Source: Candidatus Eiseniibacteriota bacterium
GTDB lineage: Bacteria; ARS69
Assembly (NCBI GenBank): GCA_052390515.1
Contig: JBQTGV010000143.1
Coordinates: 1-15,411 of the forward strand
DNA length: 15,411 nt
Direction of reading: 5' to 3'
Positions 1 to 7,988 of this stretch are shown in pieces (the first letter of the stretch is position 1; every line of letters starts with the position of its first letter). Under the pieces are notes generated by a model. It was not told the DNA's origin, searched no databases, and saw only the letters and a program-made list of their open reading frames with translations. A program made the position numbers and the translations under genes.

Positions 1-245
1 ACGAGGATCGTGTTCTGGAAGTCGTCCGCGGGTTCGGCCAGCCCCGGGGCGAGCTCCACCGCCTCGCCGGCGGCTATCTCCTGGCCCGTCCTCGGCGCGC
101 CTCCCGGCAGCACGAGCGCCGGCGCGCCGGCGGGCGTCACCTCCGCGGTCTCTCCAGCCGGCGTCTCCGCGCGCGGCTGACCCGAGCAGCCGGTGAGAAG
201 CGCGCACCCTGCCAGTATCACTGTGTGTCTAATCGACGGTTTCAA
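1..245 (-). CDS. Putative lipoprotein, 5' part only (runs off the window start)
   Basis: Not in the ORF track. TTG at 245-243 has GGAGG upstream. It translates as MKPSIRHTVILAGCALLTGCSGQPRAETPAGETAEVTPAG..., i.e. a basic N-terminus, hydrophobic stretch, lipobox L-T-G-C and a Pro/Ala/Glu-rich linker. It overlaps the MFS stop codon and stays open to position 1. Confidence 0.65.
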   Translation of the reverse strand, partial: MKPSIRHTVILAGCALLTGCSGQPRAETPAGETAEVTPAGAPALVLPGGAPRTGQEIAAGEAVELAPGLAEPADDFQNTIL

Positions 246-1572
246 CTCGAAGCCCTCCCTGGACCGGCGCCCGCGCCGGCTCCTCGTCCCGCTTGCCACG
301 CGTAGACGGCAGCAGGAACGGCAGCACGAGAAGCGGCGCGAACCCGATCCACGCATCCAGGTGCACCGTCCTCGCGTAACCCCACGCGTCCGCGGCGGTC
401 CCCTGCCACAGCGCCGAGTACGAGTACACCAGGTTCTTCAGCGCCATGTACCCGGTGAACTGCGTCGCCGCGACGAGCGGCGAAGTCAGCCCCATGAACA
501 CGGCGATGGCCGTTCCCTGCACCAACCCCGATGCCAAGCTGTAGACCATCACCGCACGATAGTACTCGCCGACGGTGACCCCTTCCATCCCCGCCCCGGT
601 GAACTGCCTCGCCAGCCAGAACGTCGGCAGCGTGGTGAGCACATACCAGACGGCGAGCGACTTCCTGTGCCCGAAGCGGTCGGAGATGAGCCCGCCGATG
701 ACGCAGCCCGCGGCGGAGACGATCGAGGACCACAGGCTGAGCGTGGCGATGGCGTTCTCGTCCATGGCCAGGTCCACCTGCATCGTCGTCCCGAGCGCGA
801 GGCCCAGCGCCAGCGCCCCGCCGGGGATCGAGGCGAAGAGCACGCCGAGCATCGGGCCGCGTCCCGAGCGGAACAGGCCGTCGCGCAGGTCCCGGAGGAA
901 CCCGCCGAGCCTCGACCGCAGCGCCGTCCAGAAGCTCCGCGTCCCCCGCCCCACTGTCGCCGCCGCCTCGGCGAAGACCGGTTCGTGCAGCCGCAGCGTC
1001 ACGGTGAAGAGGATCAGGGCGAGCATGCCGCAGACGAAGGGGAAGCTCGCGGCGAACCCGAACGCGCCGGCCACGAACAGCGCGCCGCTCCCGCCGATGG
1101 ACTGCCCGAGGTACGACGCGCCGAACATCGCGCCGTTGGCCAGCCCTCGTTCCTTCGCCGGCAGCACCTGCACGGCCAGTGCGTCGATGGCCACGTCCTG
1201 CGTGGCCGCGAAGAGATTGTGCACCACGATCAGCATGGTGAGCAGCGGCACGTTGTCGGCCACGTCCAGGAACATGATGACGCCGAGCGTCACGATCATC
1301 ATCAGCTGCGCGCACGCGATCCACAGGCGGCGCGGTCCGAAGCGCCGGATCTGGATCAGGTCGACGAGCGGCGCCCACGCCCACTTGAATCCCCAGGGAG
1401 CGTAGAGGCTGGCGGTGAACGCGCCGATGGCGGCGTTGTCCAGCCCGGACTGGCGTAGATAGGCGGTCAGGGCGATAGCGCTGAACCCGAAGGGGATCCC
1501 CTCGGAGAGATACAGCGCCGAGAACGCGACGAGCCGGCCCGTCCGCGACGCCAGTACGTTCCTGGGAAGCAC
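229..1572 (-). CDS. MFS transporter, AmpG/RhtX-like (muropeptide or siderophore permease family)
   Basis: 447 aa with about 12 hydrophobic segments. Family-type motifs: LYLSEGIPFG, PWGFKWAWAPLVD, FAATQDVAIDALAV, GGLISDRFG, ATQFTGYMAL. GTG start lies 1 nt after the pckA stop. Confidence 0.85.
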   Translation of the reverse strand: MLPRNVLASRTGRLVAFSALYLSEGIPFGFSAIALTAYLRQSGLDNAAIGAFTASLYAPWGFKWAWAPLVDLIQIRRFGPRRLWIACAQLMMIVTLGVIMFLDVADNVPLLTMLIVVHNLFAATQDVAIDALAVQVLPAKERGLANGAMFGASYLGQSIGGSGALFVAGAFGFAASFPFVCGMLALILFTVTLRLHEPVFAEAAATVGRGTRSFWTALRSRLGGFLRDLRDGLFRSGRGPMLGVLFASIPGGALALGLALGTTMQVDLAMDENAIATLSLWSSIVSAAGCVIGGLISDRFGHRKSLAVWYVLTTLPTFWLARQFTGAGMEGVTVGEYYRAVMVYSLASGLVQGTAIAVFMGLTSPLVAATQFTGYMALKNLVYSYSALWQGTAADAWGYARTVHLDAWIGFAPLLVLPFLLPSTRGKRDEEPARAPVQGGLRVETVD

Positions 1573-1573
1573 G

Positions 1574-3148
1574 TCAGGCTTTCGGCTGCGCGGCGATCAC
1601 GTCCGCCGAGGCCTCGGAGCGATACTTGTCGAAGTTCTTGACGAAGAGCCCGGCGAGCTTCTTCGCCTGCGCGTCGTAGGCCGTCTTGTCGGGCCAGGTG
1701 CTCCTCGGCGTGAGCACTTCCGCCGGCACGCCGGGGCAGCTCCGCGGCACCTCGAACCCGAACACCGGGTCCCTCCCGTACTCGACGCGGTCCAGCGCGC
1801 CGGTCAGCGCGGCGGTGATCAAGGCACGGGTGTGCTGGATGGACATGCGCTTGCCGACGCCGTATGCGCCGCCCGACCACCCGGTGTTCACCAGGTACAC
1901 GCGCGCATCGTGCTGCTTCATCTTCTCGCCGAGCATCTTCGCGTAGCGGGTGGGATGCAGCGGCAGGAACGGCGCGCCGAAGCAGGCGGAGAAGTTCGGC
2001 GTGGGCTCTGTGACGCCCGCCTCCGTGCCGGCGAGCTTCGCAGTGTACCCGGAGATGAAGTGGAACATGGCCTGGGCGGCGGTGAGGCGCGAGATGGGCG
2101 GGAGCACGCCGAACGCGTCCGCCGCCAGGAACATCACGTTGCGCGGGTGCCCGCCGACGCCCGGGATCACGCAGTTGTCGATGTGCTCGACCGGGTAGGT
2201 GGCGCGGGTGTTCTCGGTGATGGAGTCGTCGTCGTAGTCGATGGCGCGGGTGGCGGGGTCCACGACGACGTTCTCGACGATGGATCCGAACTTGATGGCC
2301 CGCCAGATCTGCGGCTCGGCTGTCTCCGAGAGGCGAATGACCTTCGCATAGCATCCCCCCTCGAAGTTGAAGATGCCGGCGTCGCTCCAGCCGTGCTCGT
2401 CGTCGCCGATGAGCCTGCGCGCCGGATCCGCGGAGAGCGTCGTCTTGCCCGTTCCGGACAGCCCGAAGAAGAGCGCGGTGTCGCCGTCCTTGCCGACGTT
2501 CGCGGAGCAGTGCATGGGGAACACGCCGCGCCGCGGCAGGAGCCAGTTCATCACCGCGAAGATGGACTTCTTGACTTCGCCGCCGTAGTGAGTGCCGCCG
2601 ACCAGGATGATCTTCCGCTCCAGGTTCAGCACGATGAAGACGCCGCTCTTGGTACCGTCGGTGTGCGGATCGGCCAGCAGCTCGCAGGCGTCGATGACGG
2701 TGAACTCGGGGCGGTGCCGCTCGAGCTCTTCCCGGGTCGGGCGGAGGAAGAGAGTACGGGCGAAAAGCGCGTGCCAAGCCTTCTCGGCGATCACCCGCAC
2801 CGGCAGCCGGTAGGCCGGATCGGCCCCGGCGAAGCCGTCGAACACGAACTGATCGCGGGCTCCCAGGTGTTCGTGCACGCGCTCCAGAAGGCGGTCGAAC
2901 GTCGAAGGCGGGATGGCGACGTTGACGTCCCCCCACCAGACCTCGTCGTGCACGCCCGGCGTGTCCACGACGAACCGGTCCTTCGGCGAGCGTCCGGTCC
3001 GATCCCCCGTCTCCACGATCAGCGCGCCGTTCGAGGCCAGCTCGCCTTCCTTGCGGGCCAGGGCGTGCTCGACGAGCGAAGGCGTGGACAGATTGCGGTG
3101 GACCCTGCCCGAGGTCGGAATCTCGAGCGGGGCGATGGTCGTGGACAT
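1574..3148 (-). CDS. pckA: Phosphoenolpyruvate carboxykinase (ATP-dependent)
   Basis: 524 aa. Motifs: [25 protein letters not shown], kinase-1a [54 protein letters not shown] precedes the ATG. Confidence 0.97.
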   Translation of the reverse strand: MSTTIAPLEIPTSGRVHRNLSTPSLVEHALARKEGELASNGALIVETGDRTGRSPKDRFVVDTPGVHDEVWWGDVNVAIPPSTFDRLLERVHEHLGARDQFVFDGFAGADPAYRLPVRVIAEKAWHALFARTLFLRPTREELERHRPEFTVIDACELLADPHTDGTKSGVFIVLNLERKIILVGGTHYGGEVKKSIFAVMNWLLPRRGVFPMHCSANVGKDGDTALFFGLSGTGKTTLSADPARRLIGDDEHGWSDAGIFNFEGGCYAKVIRLSETAEPQIWRAIKFGSIVENVVVDPATRAIDYDDDSITENTRATYPVEHIDNCVIPGVGGHPRNVMFLAADAFGVLPPISRLTAAQAMFHFISGYTAKLAGTEAGVTEPTPNFSACFGAPFLPLHPTRYAKMLGEKMKQHDARVYLVNTGWSGGAYGVGKRMSIQHTRALITAALTGALDRVEYGRDPVFGFEVPRSCPGVPAEVLTPRSTWPDKTAYDAQAKKLAGLFVKNFDKYRSEASADVIAAQPKA

Positions 3149-3301
3149 GGACGCGGACCTTTCTGACGGAGCCTTTCGGGGAACTGCGGGCCGTCGAGAG
3201 TACCGCAGTCCGGCGTCCGGAAAAAGCCCCGGGCCTTCGCGTAGTGTCCCGATTCGATCGGCCTGCGGCCAGGGGAGTGGGTTGCCCCGGTCGCGACCCC
3301 G

Positions 3302-5899
3302 CTAGGCCAGTACGGCCTGCTGGCGGCCTTCCCCGACCGGATCCGAGCTCCAGCGGATGAGCCCCGGCAGGAACGGCGTGGCCAGCTCCGGGTGGCGCGG
3401 GACGGCCCGGACGGAGAACCCCGAGCGTCCCGTTCGCCCGAAGGTGACCTCGCCCCGGAACCAGTGCGTACCGTCGTTCCAGGCCTCGGCCGGCTCCATC
3501 GACACGGCGTCCCCGTGGGCCAGGTCCCCGTCGGGTCCGACCGCGCCCTGCCAGATCTGCACGTCGAGCTCGGACGGCCCGAGCCCCGCGAGGCGGACGC
3601 GCGCCCGCACCGTGATGGTGTCGCCCACGGTGCGCTCCCGCGACTCGTCGGCCTCGATGTCCAGGATGCGCACCTCCGGCCATGCCGCGGAGATCCGCGC
3701 GTGCCACCGCGCGAGCTCCCGGACACCGCGGCCGCCGTCGGCCAGAAGCCGCGCGCCGCGCGCCGCCAGCGGCCGGTAGTAGCGCTCGGCGTACTCCGCG
3801 ACCATGCGGTGCGTGTTGAACACGGGCCCGATGCCCTTCATTCCTTCCTTCATCATGCGGATCCACCCGCGCGGCAAGCCGTCCTTGCCGCGGTCGAAGA
3901 AGAGCGGCACGATCTCGTGTTCCAGCAGGTCGTAGAGCGCGCCCGACTCGATCCCGTCCTGCGTCTCCGGATCCTCGTACTCCTCGCCCGCGCCGATGGA
4001 CCAGCCGAGGTGTCGCCCGGCGGCCTCGTCCCACCAGCCGTCCGGAACACTCAGGTTGATGGCGCCGTTGAGGCTGGCCTTCATGCCGCTCGTCCCGCTG
4101 GCCTCCAGCGGCCGGCGCGGGTTGTTCAGCCACACGTCCACGCCGTTCAGCAGGTTGATGGCAACGTCCATTTCGTAATTCTCGACGAACACCATCCGCC
4201 CGCGGATCTCTGGGCGTCTCGAGAACTGCACGATCTCCTGGATGAGCTTCTTGCCGGCGTCGTCCTTGGGGTGGGACTTCCCGGCGATGACGATCTGCAC
4301 CGGCCGCTTCGCGTCGCTGAGCAGGGCGATGAGGCGTTCGGGATCGCGGAGCAGGAGCGTCGCGCGCTTGTACGGGGCGAAGCGCCGGGCGAAGCCGATG
4401 GTGAGCGCCTGCGCGTCGAGCACGTCTCCCGTGGCCGCGATCTCCACCGCGGTCGCGTTGGAGTCCTGCAGCCGGCGCCGGAGGTGATCACGGACATACG
4501 ACACGAGACGATGCTTCTGCGCTTCGTGCGTGCGCCACAGCGCTTCGACCGGGATCTTCTCCACGCCTTCCCACACCGCCCCGTCGTCCGGGTCCCGGCA
4601 CCAGCGCGGGCCGAGGTAGCGGTCCAGGAGCTCGCGCATCTCCCGGGAAACCCAGGTCTGGGAGTGCACGCCGTTGGTGATGGACGAGATGGGCACCTCG
4701 TCCTCGGGTACTCCCGGCCACAGGTGCGACCACATGCGCCGGCTGACCCGGCCGTGCAGGCGGCTCACGCCGTTCGCCGCGTCGGCCATGCGCAGCGCGA
4801 ACACCGCCATGTTGAAGGCGCCGTTCTCCTCCCGCCGCTCCCGCCCGAGCGCCATGAAGTCCTGCGGCGAGAGGCCGAACGCACGCCGCCATTCGCCGAG
4901 GACACTCTCCACCTGGCCCGCGTCGAAGAGGTCGATCGCGGCCTTCACCGGGGTGTGGGTGGTGAACACGGTCGTCGCGGCCTGCAGCACGCGGGCCTCG
5001 GCGAAGGAGAGACCCTCGCGCTGCATCAGCCGGCGGATCCTCTCGAACGCCAGGAACGCGGAGTGCCCCTCGTTCATGTGGCAGATGTCCGGCTCGAGCC
5101 CGAGCGCTTCCAGCGCGCGCAGGCCGCCCACGCCGAGCACGAACTCCTGCTGCAGGCGCGTGTCGGAGTCGCCGCCGTACAGATCGAACGTGATGGTGCG
5201 CTGGGACGGGTCGTTGTCCGGCAGGTTCGTGTCGAGCAGGAGCAGCGGCACGCGGCCCACTTCGCACCGCCACACCTTCACGCGCAGCGTCTTGCCCCGA
5301 AGCGGAAGCTCGAGGACCAGCTCCGCGCCGTCACGGTTGCGGGCCGGCGCGACCGGAAGGTTGTGGAAGTCGTTCTCGGGGTAGCTCTCCTGCTGCCAGC
5401 CGTCGCTGTTCACGTACTGCCGGAAGTAGCCGCGCTGGTAGAGCAGGCCGACGCCCACGAGCGGCAGGCCGAGGTCGCTGGCCGACTTGAGGTGGTCACC
5501 GGCCAGCACGCCGAGACCGCCGGAGTAGATGGGCAGACAGCCGGCCAGCCCGAACTCCGCCGAGAAGTAGGCGATCCGGGGCGAGTCGAGACTCCCGGTC
5601 TTTTTCGCGAACCAGCTCGACTCCCGGTTCTTGTACCCGGCGAAGTCCTTCCAGACGCGCTCCAGGTTCGCGAGGACGGCGTCGTCCTGCGCGCAGCGGT
5701 CCAGGCGCTCCTGAGGGATCGTGCCGAGGAAGAGCACGGGGTTCTTTCCGCATGCCTCCCACAGGTTCGGGTCCATCATCCGGAAGAGATCCTGGGTGGC
5801 CGGGTCCCAGCTGAACCGGGCATTCCAGGCGAGCTCCCGGAGGGGCTCCAAAGCGGCGGGAAGGCGGGGGACGACGGAGTACGATCGATGGGGACGCAT
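3302..5899 (-). CDS. glgP: Alpha-glucan (glycogen/maltodextrin) phosphorylase, GT35
   Basis: Motifs: AYFSAEFG, YSGGLGVLAGDHLKSASD, HMNEGHSAF, FTTHTPV, ITNGVH, FARRFAPYKRA and the PLP-lysine motif EASGTSGMKA. The ATG at 5899 (MRPHRSYSVVPRLP, 865 aa) has GGAGG upstream and is preferred to the ORF-track GTG at 5977. Confidence 0.96.
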   Translation of the reverse strand: MRPHRSYSVVPRLPAALEPLRELAWNARFSWDPATQDLFRMMDPNLWEACGKNPVLFLGTIPQERLDRCAQDDAVLANLERVWKDFAGYKNRESSWFAKKTGSLDSPRIAYFSAEFGLAGCLPIYSGGLGVLAGDHLKSASDLGLPLVGVGLLYQRGYFRQYVNSDGWQQESYPENDFHNLPVAPARNRDGAELVLELPLRGKTLRVKVWRCEVGRVPLLLLDTNLPDNDPSQRTITFDLYGGDSDTRLQQEFVLGVGGLRALEALGLEPDICHMNEGHSAFLAFERIRRLMQREGLSFAEARVLQAATTVFTTHTPVKAAIDLFDAGQVESVLGEWRRAFGLSPQDFMALGRERREENGAFNMAVFALRMADAANGVSRLHGRVSRRMWSHLWPGVPEDEVPISSITNGVHSQTWVSREMRELLDRYLGPRWCRDPDDGAVWEGVEKIPVEALWRTHEAQKHRLVSYVRDHLRRRLQDSNATAVEIAATGDVLDAQALTIGFARRFAPYKRATLLLRDPERLIALLSDAKRPVQIVIAGKSHPKDDAGKKLIQEIVQFSRRPEIRGRMVFVENYEMDVAINLLNGVDVWLNNPRRPLEASGTSGMKASLNGAINLSVPDGWWDEAAGRHLGWSIGAGEEYEDPETQDGIESGALYDLLEHEIVPLFFDRGKDGLPRGWIRMMKEGMKGIGPVFNTHRMVAEYAERYYRPLAARGARLLADGGRGVRELARWHARISAAWPEVRILDIEADESRERTVGDTITVRARVRLAGLGPSELDVQIWQGAVGPDGDLAHGDAVSMEPAEAWNDGTHWFRGEVTFGRTGRSGFSVRAVPRHPELATPFLPGLIRWSSDPVGEGRQQAVLA

Positions 5900-6154
5900 G
5901 AAACGGCGCTTCCTCCGGATCCGACAGGGCCCGACCCCGGCTGACCGGGGATCGGCAGACCGAGACACTGCCTCCACCCCCCGGCCCGGTCCCTTGCCCG
6001 GTCCCGTGGGGGGCGCGAGCGGGCCAGATTACCGATCCGGGGCGCCGCGATCCAGCCCCGGGAAAGCCCGGAGCGGCCTCAAATCCGCGGGAGATGCGGC
6101 CGAAACAGGGAGGTACAGCCCACCAGCCGCCGCCCACCCGTCCAGGGAAGCCCC

Positions 6155-7585
6155 GTGCCCTTCACCACGACGCCCGACGCCCCGACCCTTCGGCCTGCGT
6201 CCGGTTGCGGCACGCTGGAGTCGCCGTGGACCGGCTGGGAAGCCCAGATCGAGGTTCGAACCCACGAGCCGAACACCTTCCGGCTCCTGCCGGGGTTCTA
6301 CGGCGTGTCCCGGCCGGTACGGCTGGCCGATGGCGTTTCCCTGGCCGAGGATCCCGGGGACGCGGGGCGGGCCTGGTTCCTGCCCGTGGCGAGCGCGCCG
6401 CTCGAGACGCTCTTCGAGATCGAGGGGCGGCGACGGGTGCGCCTCTCCGGCGTCTGCTTCAACGGCCGAGGCGCGCGGGCACGCCACGGCATCGTGGTGC
6501 GCTCCGTGCAAGGCCTGGAGATCATGCGCTGCCGCTTCGAGGACTTCGCCGACCCCGAGGGCGGCGCGATTCTGGTGGACGGCGGCCCCCAGTTCCCAGC
6601 GCGCGAGATCGTCGTGCAGTCCTGCTCGTTCCTGCACGGGAGCTCGGGTCTTCGCCTGGGGCGAAATGCCGCCGATCTGCTCGTCGTGGACAATCTCTTC
6701 GAGGAGATCACCGGCTCCTCGCTCTGGATCGATCCGCGGGACGAGTGGGCCGACTACGGCCTCATCTTCGTGCAGAACCGAATGCGGGCCGCGCGCGAGA
6801 CCCGCACCGCGCCGTTCGTGACCATACGCCCGGGCGCGGAGGGGATCCGCATCGCCGGGAACACGCTGGAAGCGGAGCGCGCCGCGCAGGGCGGGGACCT
6901 CGCCGCGATCGAGGTCCGCGGCGGCGGACCGCGCAGCCGCCGGCGGCTCGAGCTCATGGTGAACCGGATCGTCGGAGTCGGAGGTCCCGCGGTGCGCGCG
7001 CGTCAGTGCGGGCCCGGATTCGCCGTGGCGGGTAACGAGATTGTCGCGTGCGGGAACGGCCGCGACGGCTCCATCGACCTCCTCGGCTGCCACGGGATCC
7101 TCGTCGAGGACAACCGCATCTCGGAGCCGTCGGGCGCGGGCATCCGCGCGCAGGACTGCTCCGGCGCGCGGCTCAACGGCAATGAAGTCGAGGGCGGCTC
7201 GCCCGTGCTGCCGCGTGGTGGGACGGTCGGACTGCTCGTCGAGGGCGAAGGCTCCGTGCGGCTGCGCCTTACCGACAACCGCGTCTCCGCCGTCCGCGAG
7301 GACGGGCTGCGCATCAACTCGTGCAAGGGACTTCGCGTCGTCGGTAACGAGGTGGAGGACTGCGGTCGGGGGATCTTCGTGGAGCGGGCGGAGCGTCTGC
7401 TGCTGGTCGGCAACGACTGCCGCGACAACGGGCAGGGCGGGATCCGCATCGACCGGAACGTGCGCCGCGGTTTCGTCGCGCTGAACTACGCGATCCTGAA
7501 CGGCACGTCGGACCTCCACGTCCGCGGGGAGCGGATCCGGTGCCGGAGCAACAAAGTGGACAGGGAGTCCCCCGCGGAGGAATGA
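6155..7585 (+). CDS. Right-handed parallel beta-helix repeat protein (pectate-lyase-like fold), no evident signal peptide
   Basis: 476 aa with repeated coils such as GILVEDNRIS, ARLNGNEVEG, LRLTDNRVS, LRVVGNEVED, LLLVGNDCRDN. The N-terminal LLPGFYGVSRPVRLADGVSL resembles the cap of pectate-lyase-3-type helices. GTG start has AGGGA upstream. Confidence 0.8.
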   Translation: MPFTTTPDAPTLRPASGCGTLESPWTGWEAQIEVRTHEPNTFRLLPGFYGVSRPVRLADGVSLAEDPGDAGRAWFLPVASAPLETLFEIEGRRRVRLSGVCFNGRGARARHGIVVRSVQGLEIMRCRFEDFADPEGGAILVDGGPQFPAREIVVQSCSFLHGSSGLRLGRNAADLLVVDNLFEEITGSSLWIDPRDEWADYGLIFVQNRMRAARETRTAPFVTIRPGAEGIRIAGNTLEAERAAQGGDLAAIEVRGGGPRSRRRLELMVNRIVGVGGPAVRARQCGPGFAVAGNEIVACGNGRDGSIDLLGCHGILVEDNRISEPSGAGIRAQDCSGARLNGNEVEGGSPVLPRGGTVGLLVEGEGSVRLRLTDNRVSAVREDGLRINSCKGLRVVGNEVEDCGRGIFVERAERLLLVGNDCRDNGQGGIRIDRNVRRGFVALNYAILNGTSDLHVRGERIRCRSNKVDRESPAEE

Positions 7586-7632
7586 GGCTTGATCCGGGGA
7601 GCGGATTGATGTAAATACGGCCCGGACTCGAG

Positions 7633-7661
7633 GTGAAGCTAGACCCGAGAAGGTGTATGCT
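7633..7661 (+). promoter_or_regulatory. Possible sigma70-type promoter for the rho leader
   Basis: GTGAAG (7633-7638), 17 nt spacer, TATGCT (7656-7661), in a relatively AT-rich patch. The -35 match is weak. Confidence 0.3.
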
Positions 7662-7667
7662 TGGGTA

Positions 7668-7988
7668 CGCGCTTCGAGTGAGGGGCCGCGTCAGTCGCCC
7701 CCCCGATCCCACCGGGACGCACCCCTTCCCGCGGATCGGGAACCCAGTAGGCGGAGGTCGGACCGGCTGGTGTCCGCCGGCCCTTCGCCCCGGGCGGCTC
7801 GTTCGAAGATGGGCGCGCATCGGTCGCCAGCAAGCCGTGTTCGGCAGCGCGCGCTCGACGGGGACTGCTCCCCGATGTCAGCCCGCCGTGCGGGCTCCTG
7901 AGAGAAGGACCGAAGGATCGGGTACGAACCCCGAGAAACCATCCCATCAACCGTGACCGGCGGCTCTTCGCCATGCCGGGGAGAACCC
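7668..7988 (+). promoter_or_regulatory. Long, potentially structured 5' leader or ncRNA upstream of rho
   Basis: No credible ORF. Inverted repeats read by eye: 7702-7709/7733-7740, 7750-7755/7773-7778, 7811-7818/7849-7856, 7859-7864/7869-7874, 7880-7886/7890-7896, 7918-7922/7930-7934, 7957-7964/7970-7979. No match to an RNA family I recognise. Confidence 0.4.

Noticed and set aside
7668-7945. tmRNA, SRP RNA, RNase P RNA, 6S RNA, tRNA, or TPP/glycine/cobalamin riboswitch
   Set aside because: Only fragments match (GGGGCCG start, CTGAGA, CCGAAGG, a T-loop-like hairpin). The defining cores and pairings of each family were not found.
7633-7956. 107-aa ORF upstream of rho as a split-off RNA-binding domain or leader peptide
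   Set aside because: No OB-fold or Rho_N motifs, low-complexity composition, and it starts inside the putative promoter.
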